Origin: Parcubacteria bacterium C7867-008
GTDB lineage: Bacteria > Patescibacteriota > Minisyncoccia > Phycocordibacterales > Phycocordibacteraceae
Assembly (NCBI GenBank): GCA_001189215.1
Contig: LFCR01000006.1
Span: 67,550-131,549, forward strand
DNA: 64,000 bases
Direction: 5' to 3'
Shown one piece after another: positions 58,579 through 64,000 of this stretch (positions are counted from its first letter, which is position 1; each line of letters starts with the position of its first letter). Under the pieces are notes generated by a model. The model was not told where the DNA came from, made no database searches, and saw nothing but the letters and a program-made list of their open reading frames with translations. Both the position numbers and the translations under genes were made by a program.

Positions 58579-58783
58579 CGTCTGCTGGCTTACGAACACT
58601 TGTTGCGTATGGTCCTTTCAGACTTTTGGTAACAAGGAAGGCAAGTCGGTCTCCGATGCGTAGATCAGTCATGGATACTCCCACAAGATCACTGGCATCA
58701 AAGAACAGTTCTTCGTCCGTACCCTCCTGCTTTATAAAGCCTGAGCCACGATCATTGAAGCTGGTTATGATTCCTACACGCAT
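58574..58783 (-). CDS. cold-shock domain protein (divergent)
   Basis: RGSGFI, LFFD, KGPYATSV. Confidence 0.8.
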   Translation of the reverse strand: MRVGIITSFNDRGSGFIKQEGTDEELFFDASDLVGVSMTDLRIGDRLAFLVTKSLKGPYATSVRKPADV

Positions 58784-58839
58784 GTGATGAGTGTTACCTG
58801 ATAAGAGAACAAAAAGCGCCCCAAAAGGGACGCTGATTG

Positions 58840-59046
58840 TTAGACCTTGCTAACGTTTACCGCGTTCATGCGGCTTGGGTCCTTCTGGCTCGGAGCGATC
58901 TCGAATTCGAGAGTGTCTCCTGGCTTAAGATCCTCAATGCTTACGTTGACGAGCTCCTTAGCGTGAAAGAATAGGTCATCCTGTCCTTCAATCTTGATGA
59001 AGCCGAAGCCTTTCTCGTTAATACCTGCGATGATTCCTGTTTGCAT
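58840..59046 (-). CDS. cold-shock domain protein
   Basis: KGFGFI, LFFH, AVNV. Confidence 0.9.
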   Translation of the reverse strand: MQTGIIAGINEKGFGFIKIEGQDDLFFHAKELVNVSIEDLKPGDTLEFEIAPSQKDPSRMNAVNVSKV

Positions 59047-59204
59047 AAATATATATGGGCGATGCACCTGATAACAATCAAGTGCCGATGGTTCAACATG
59101 ACGTTGTCCACCGCTACGATTGATACAACCAATCTACCATTTCATGTATAGATTGTCAATTTAGGGTCGTATTGGGGGACTTCTTTTGCTATAGTGTTCG
59201 CATT

Positions 59205-60089
59205 ATGACCTATCAGGTGCTGCTTTTCTATAAATACATCACCATCGAAGATCCGGCGCAGCTGGCAGCGTCCGTCCGTGCTCTTGCAGAGAAACATGCG
59301 CTATTAGGACGTGCACTTATAGCGGAAGAGGGTATTAATGCAACACTCGAAGGTGAGCTGGAGGCAACAGAGGCCTTTGCCTCAGAATTTCTGAACGATC
59401 CACGCTTTGCGGATATGCAAATAAAACGTAGTGAAGGAGATGGTGAAGCTTTTGGAAAGCTGGTAGTGAAAGTACGTGACCAAATCGTAGGTACACGATT
59501 TCCTAAAGAGAAAGTAGATCCACGAGTACAGACTGCACCTCGTATTCAGCCAGAAGAACTAAAGCGTTGGTTTGAGGAAGGGGAAGATTTCACTATTGTT
59601 GATATGCGTAACGATTATGAATATCGTTCCGGACACTTTAAGGGCTCTGTAAACCCTGGCCTTGAAAACTCGCGTGATCTTCCAGAAGCAATACCCGAAC
59701 TTATGCCTTTAAAGAATAAGAAAGTATTAACCGTCTGTACGGGAGGTGTCCGCTGCGAATCTATGAGTGCGTATCTTATGAGTGAGGGGTTCACGGATGT
59801 GTATCAGCTTGAGAATGGTATGCATGGATACATGGAGAAGTACCCTGGAGAGGATTTTCTTGGCACACTCTATACGTTTGATCGTCGTAAGGTGATGGAC
59901 TTTGGTGGAGATCGAGAAGTGATTGGTCGCTGTCATCGCTGTGAGGGAGCTACAGAAACCTACGCAAACTGCGCTAACGATCTGTGCCACCTACATTTCC
60001 TGGTGTGTGACACCTGTTCTCATGAAGAGGGGACCTTTTGTTCAGACGCGTGTGAAGCAACGAAGAGTACTGCGTTAATACAGGACTAG
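59205..60089 (+). CDS. trhO: rhodanese-family tRNA U34 hydroxylase (YceA/TrhO)
   Basis: EGINAT, D.RNDYEY..GHF, CTGGVRCE, FD.R, C-terminal Cys cluster. Confidence 0.88.
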   Translation: MTYQVLLFYKYITIEDPAQLAASVRALAEKHALLGRALIAEEGINATLEGELEATEAFASEFLNDPRFADMQIKRSEGDGEAFGKLVVKVRDQIVGTRFPKEKVDPRVQTAPRIQPEELKRWFEEGEDFTIVDMRNDYEYRSGHFKGSVNPGLENSRDLPEAIPELMPLKNKKVLTVCTGGVRCESMSAYLMSEGFTDVYQLENGMHGYMEKYPGEDFLGTLYTFDRRKVMDFGGDREVIGRCHRCEGATETYANCANDLCHLHFLVCDTCSHEEGTFCSDACEATKSTALIQD

Positions 60090-60851
60090 AAAGAAGAATG
60101 TGATTGCAAGAATGATTCGGTATACACCGAACGGTATAAAGGTGTATCGCTTAATAAAGGCCAGGAAGATACGAAGTACGATCAATGCCGTAATGAACGC
60201 CGTTGCCATACCTATTAGGAGGATTCCTATATCTGCATCTGCAAATAACTCGTAGTTCTTGAGAAGGTCATAGCTAGTAGCGGCACCCATAGTTGGTACC
60301 GCAAGAAGGAAGGAGAATTCTACGATCGCAGCACGACGGATACCAAGGAGAAGACCTCCCATAATGGTTGCGGCAGATCGTGATACGCCCGGGATCACCG
60401 CAATAGATTGGAAGAGTCCAATAAGGAATGCTTTCTTGTATGGAATAGTGGCAAACGTATCTGTCTCAACTTCTCGTGCCTCTTCCTTGTGGAGTAGTTC
60501 AAACAGAATAAGAAGGACACCTCCTACAAATAGCGCAATCACCACCGTAAGCTCGCTCTTAAGGAGCACTCCTTTAATAAGTGGATAGAGTGTAAAACCA
60601 ATGATAGCGGTAGGGAGGAACGCTACGAACAACCGTTTTAATACTGCAATGTTTAGAAATGAACGCCAGTACGTGAGAAGTACTGCTCCAATTGCACCAA
60701 ATTGAATCGCAATGATAAAGCTTGTAAGGAATGCAGACTCTGGAATGGCCAGAAGATCACTCGCAAGTATGAGATGTCCTGTTGAAGAAACAGGAAGGAA
60801 TTCAGCAGCACCCTCAAGGAGTCCCAGAACAATGGCATCAAGCGGAGTCAT
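60075..60851 (-). CDS. uppP: undecaprenyl-diphosphatase
   Basis: EFLPVSSTGH, PGVSRS, EFSFLL. Confidence 0.95.
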   Translation of the reverse strand: MTPLDAIVLGLLEGAAEFLPVSSTGHLILASDLLAIPESAFLTSFIIAIQFGAIGAVLLTYWRSFLNIAVLKRLFVAFLPTAIIGFTLYPLIKGVLLKSELTVVIALFVGGVLLILFELLHKEEAREVETDTFATIPYKKAFLIGLFQSIAVIPGVSRSAATIMGGLLLGIRRAAIVEFSFLLAVPTMGAATSYDLLKNYELFADADIGILLIGMATAFITALIVLRIFLAFIKRYTFIPFGVYRIILAITFFFLVLY

Positions 60852-60872
60852 GCAGGTATTCTAAGATACACC

Positions 60873-61547
60873 TTAGTTGGCACAAGATGTAGCACCACTA
60901 GAGAGTGGCTTAGTAATAAGACCCGAATAATTCGTTGAATCAGCGCAGAGATATTTCTCTTCTGAAAACTTTATTTGTACAACATATGCCGTTGCGTTAC
61001 TGCGACAGATAGGAACTGAGCGGGTATCATTCGCTATTTTTGATAGAGCGTTTCGCACTGATGCATCGCCAAACATACCACCTGAATCACAGCTTGAAGA
61101 CATGCCGTAGGATCCTGATTGATCACGATAGGCTTCTGCGGATGCTTGGACTGTACGCAACTCAACCTGGGCCGTTGCAGCAGCTGCGGCATTTATAGGA
61201 GCAGTAATTGGATTCTTCCCTGCACTATTCTCATTAGAGGTTGATTGAGCAGGTAAAAACTTAGAACCAAGGAAAAATATACCGCCCATAACAGCAATAA
61301 CCACCAGTATCATAAAGTACCCCCAGTAGGAGTTTTTGACAGATTGTCTTTCACTCGTATGTATCTCTGGACGAGGTGTCTCAGAATTCTCCACTACCGG
61401 AGCAATACCACCCTCTACCGCAACCAATACTTCTGCAATCTGCGCTTCGTCCATGCCTTGCGCAGTAAGTGTTGCACGAATGGCTTCATCCGTCTGGCCC
61501 TGTGCTCGTGCATTTTTAATAAAATTGAATATTCCTAGATCAATCAT
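60873..61547 (-). CDS. membrane protein with pilin-like C-terminal domain
   Basis: Helical N-domain, TM, Cys-containing domain with CADS motif. Confidence 0.7.
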   Translation of the reverse strand: MIDLGIFNFIKNARAQGQTDEAIRATLTAQGMDEAQIAEVLVAVEGGIAPVVENSETPRPEIHTSERQSVKNSYWGYFMILVVIAVMGGIFFLGSKFLPAQSTSNENSAGKNPITAPINAAAAATAQVELRTVQASAEAYRDQSGSYGMSSSCDSGGMFGDASVRNALSKIANDTRSVPICRSNATAYVVQIKFSEEKYLCADSTNYSGLITKPLSSGATSCAN

Positions 61548-61601
61548 GTGCTTATTAAAGCACATAACCAAAACTTCAGAATCTATTGATATAGTTTATG
61601 T

Positions 61602-61997
61602 ATGAAAGGATATATCGAAAACATCGAGAAATTGAGTCTAGAGAACGACTTGTTCCGGAAGGTACTCTATACATCAAAACATATACAGCTAGTGCTTATG
61701 AGTATTCCTGTTGGAGAAGAGATTGGTGCAGAAAAGCATGAGCTTGATCAATTCATCCGTATTGAAGAAGGAGAAGGGAAAGCGGTACTTGATGGAGTTG
61801 AACATGATCTTGAAGATGGCAGTGCGGTAGTCATTCCTGCAGGCACACTCCACAACGTCATCAATACCTCTACGGATGCAGCACTTAAACTCTATAGTCT
61901 TTACGGTCCGCCTGAACACAAGGATGGAACGATACATGCCACTAAGGAAGAAGCAGAAGCACATGAAGATCATTTCGATGGAGTCACCAGCGAGTAA
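61602..61997 (+). CDS. cupin domain protein (paralog of 48146)
   Basis: QLVLMS..GEEIG.E.H.DQFIRIE, LKLYS. Confidence 0.9.
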   Translation: MKGYIENIEKLSLENDLFRKVLYTSKHIQLVLMSIPVGEEIGAEKHELDQFIRIEEGEGKAVLDGVEHDLEDGSAVVIPAGTLHNVINTSTDAALKLYSLYGPPEHKDGTIHATKEEAEAHEDHFDGVTSE

Positions 61998-62250
61998 TCC
62001 ATACTTCGTATACATACTGGAGTGTGCAGACGGAACCCTCTATGTCGGAAGTACCAATGATCTTAAGAAGAGATTGAAAGCTCACAATGGTGAATTACCG
62101 GGGGGTGCACGATACACCAGTGGAAGAAGACCAGTCCAGGTACGGTATGCAGAAGAGTGCACTGGGCGTGGCGCAGCACTTACACGTGAACACGAACTTA
62201 AGAAGTTATCTCGTGCTAATAAATTGGATCTATTGTCTGTTAGGAAATAA
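61978..62250 (+). CDS. GIY-YIG nuclease family protein (UPF0213-like)
   Basis: YFVYILECADGTLYVGST..R..HN..GARYT..RRP. Confidence 0.9.
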   Translation: MESPASNPYFVYILECADGTLYVGSTNDLKKRLKAHNGELPGGARYTSGRRPVQVRYAEECTGRGAALTREHELKKLSRANKLDLLSVRK

Positions 62251-62307
62251 GAGAATATATTTAGGAAGTAATGGGCTTAGGCCTCACCCCTTCGGGGGAG
62301 AAAGAAA

Positions 62308-62707
62308 TTAGCTGCCAAAGATGTATTCTGAGGCAGCTTTTTTCGTTAACTCAAATTTATCTTGAGCTAACATACCGACTTTGTATATAAGTCTTTTGGA
62401 ACTAAGAGGACGTGTCTGTGAAAGTATGGCTGTACTATTTTCTTCGCCAATAATTCCAATCGGAAAATAAAAAGGGAATGGCTTTACCTTTTTGGTTAAC
62501 GGAATACCAATAAATAAATGTAGATTCCATTTCCTAATATTAAGTATTAGTCTCCAAAACCTGTCGCTTCTTCCATCTTGCTCGTATCCAATATTGCACC
62601 CCATATAGCAAAACAAAACTTCTCTTTCTTTGAAGAATGGAATAGATTCAGGCTCCAATGCGTCAATTCTTTTCTTTAACGGGTGCCAATTATCAAAATC
62701 TTTTCAT
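62308..62707 (-). pseudogene. PemK/MazF-like toxin with N-terminal frameshift
   Basis: GCNIGYEQDG, IPLT, ILSQ.R..SSKRL; ATG-AAAA-GAT puts the MKDFDNW start out of frame. Confidence 0.65.
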
Positions 62708-62843
62708 ATGACATCGTTCCTAAATCCTACTCCTGTAAGTAAATAGATGCTCATTTGCCTTCAGTTTTTCTTTATCTCCACCTTACGTTCCTCATATCAC
62801 GTAATTCGTATAGTACGTATGTTCCTACTAAATACTTTCACCT

Positions 62844-63578
62844 ATGGAACGAACCTACGTAATGACGAATAACGATCTGGTGCTTGATAGCAACGGCAAG
62901 CGGTATGAATTGCGTGTCCGTGATTTACCCCAGCAAGATAAACCACGAGAACGTCTCGCTGCAGAAGGTCCAGCGGCCCTGACTGTTCAAGAACTTCTCG
63001 CGATAGTCCTCACCACAGGAACAAGGAAGGAAGAAGTTCTCTCTATGGCATCTCGTATTGTGAACGAGTATGGAGACCGCAATGCATTGATGGCAACAGA
63101 TCCAAAAGCACTTGCTGCAGATCTTGATATACCGCTCATTAAAGCGATGCAGATTGTTGCAGCAGGAGAGCTTGGGCGGCGTTTCTTCCGAAAGCAGAAG
63201 AATGGTGCTGCCATAATCCGTACTGCACGGGATGTGTATGACTACACGGTAGAGATGCGAGCACTCCCGAAGGAACACCTACGCGGTCTGTACCTAGATT
63301 CCCACTATCAAGTGATACATGATGAGACACTCTCGATAGGAACCATTGATGCAAATCTTATTCATCCTCGGGAAGTGTTCCGTCCAGCGCTTGCGCATGC
63401 GGCCGCTGCCGTGGTGCTCGTACACAATCATCCGTCCGGCATTGTTACGCCAAGTCAGGCAGATTGTCTGGTAACCGAACAAATCGCAGCAGCTGGAAGA
63501 ATCTTAGGAATTGATCTTGTGGATCATGTCGTCATTACGGAGGATAGCTTTACTAGCATATCTACTGAATTCTCATGA
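62844..63578 (+). CDS. radC: RadC/JAB domain protein
   Basis: KPRERL, HPREVF, HNHPSG..PS.AD, DHVV. Confidence 0.93.
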   Translation: MERTYVMTNNDLVLDSNGKRYELRVRDLPQQDKPRERLAAEGPAALTVQELLAIVLTTGTRKEEVLSMASRIVNEYGDRNALMATDPKALAADLDIPLIKAMQIVAAGELGRRFFRKQKNGAAIIRTARDVYDYTVEMRALPKEHLRGLYLDSHYQVIHDETLSIGTIDANLIHPREVFRPALAHAAAAVVLVHNHPSGIVTPSQADCLVTEQIAAAGRILGIDLVDHVVITEDSFTSISTEFS

Positions 63579-63877
63579 CGATTCATCCACCAGTAACTTC
63601 TCAGTCTCGAACCTATCAATATAGCCCAAATTCACAAGCCTCTGTTACGGCGCTACATCCAAGTATTCAGTTCTTCGTCCGTGATCGTGCCACATGGGAA
63701 TCCTTCGATCGCACAGATCTAACCGCTTATCTCTTTGATGGTGCAGTAAAAGCTGCAGCACAGATAGAGCGCATCGCGTATATGGATCAGCCGTATACGA
63801 AACAAGATCAGGAAAATCTTGCATTTATGGTTGAATCCTTATTGCACGCACGTGGTATCGCAGACGAAATTAAGTGA
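63575..63877 (+). CDS. hypothetical protein
   Basis: ATGA overlap with the radC stop. Confidence 0.6.
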   Translation: MTIHPPVTSQSRTYQYSPNSQASVTALHPSIQFFVRDRATWESFDRTDLTAYLFDGAVKAAAQIERIAYMDQPYTKQDQENLAFMVESLLHARGIADEIK

Positions 63878-63887
63878 TGGGGTGTTC

Positions 63888-63925
63888 AATGAAAACAACC
63901 TGTCTCGGACAGGCTGTTTTTCATT
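63888..63925. terminator. bidirectional terminator
   Basis: AATGAAAACAACCTGTC / GACAGGCTGTTTTTCATT. Confidence 0.7.
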
Positions 63926-64000
63926 CTTCCATCCGGTATCCACGTCCGGGAACGGTATAGATAAGCTTCTTCCATTCTGGTCTCTCAATCTTCTTTCGGA
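63921..64000 (-). CDS. C-terminus of an OmpR-family winged-helix response regulator (partial)
   Basis: Manual translation RKKIERPEWKKLIYTVPGRGYRMEE*. Confidence 0.8.
   Translation of the reverse strand, partial: RKKIERPEWKKLIYTVPGRGYRMEE

Overview
Gene-dense bacterial chromosome segment using the standard genetic code. Gene content and style suggest a Patescibacteria/CPR (Parcubacteria-like) genome; this is inference. 1-20 kb is mostly housekeeping: sensor kinase, prfB, ftsEX, pyrG, tRNA-Met/Asp/Thr/Thr/Gln, a 188-nt group I-like intron in tRNA-Thr(GGT) and an aberrant tRNA-like element. A 13.2-kb integrated element starts at the 3' end of tRNA-Gln(CTG). It carries a large serine recombinase, a Rep-like gene, a CsoR/CopA metal and disulfide cluster, a LysM-M23 gene and a HEPN-like gene. 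It is followed by nine single-gene units (33.5-40.0 kb), each closed by a 27-bp site related to the element's right attachment site. The recombinase ORF ends inside the tRNA, and every 27-bp site encodes an in-frame alternative C-terminus for it on the minus strand. This looks like a tRNA-anchored, serine-recombinase-driven, integron-like cassette array and is the main candidate novel system. 40-64 kb holds accessory stress, redox and envelope genes, including an ECF sigma-rubredoxin-ApbE flavinylation module. All calls come from motif recognition by eye; no database searches were run.
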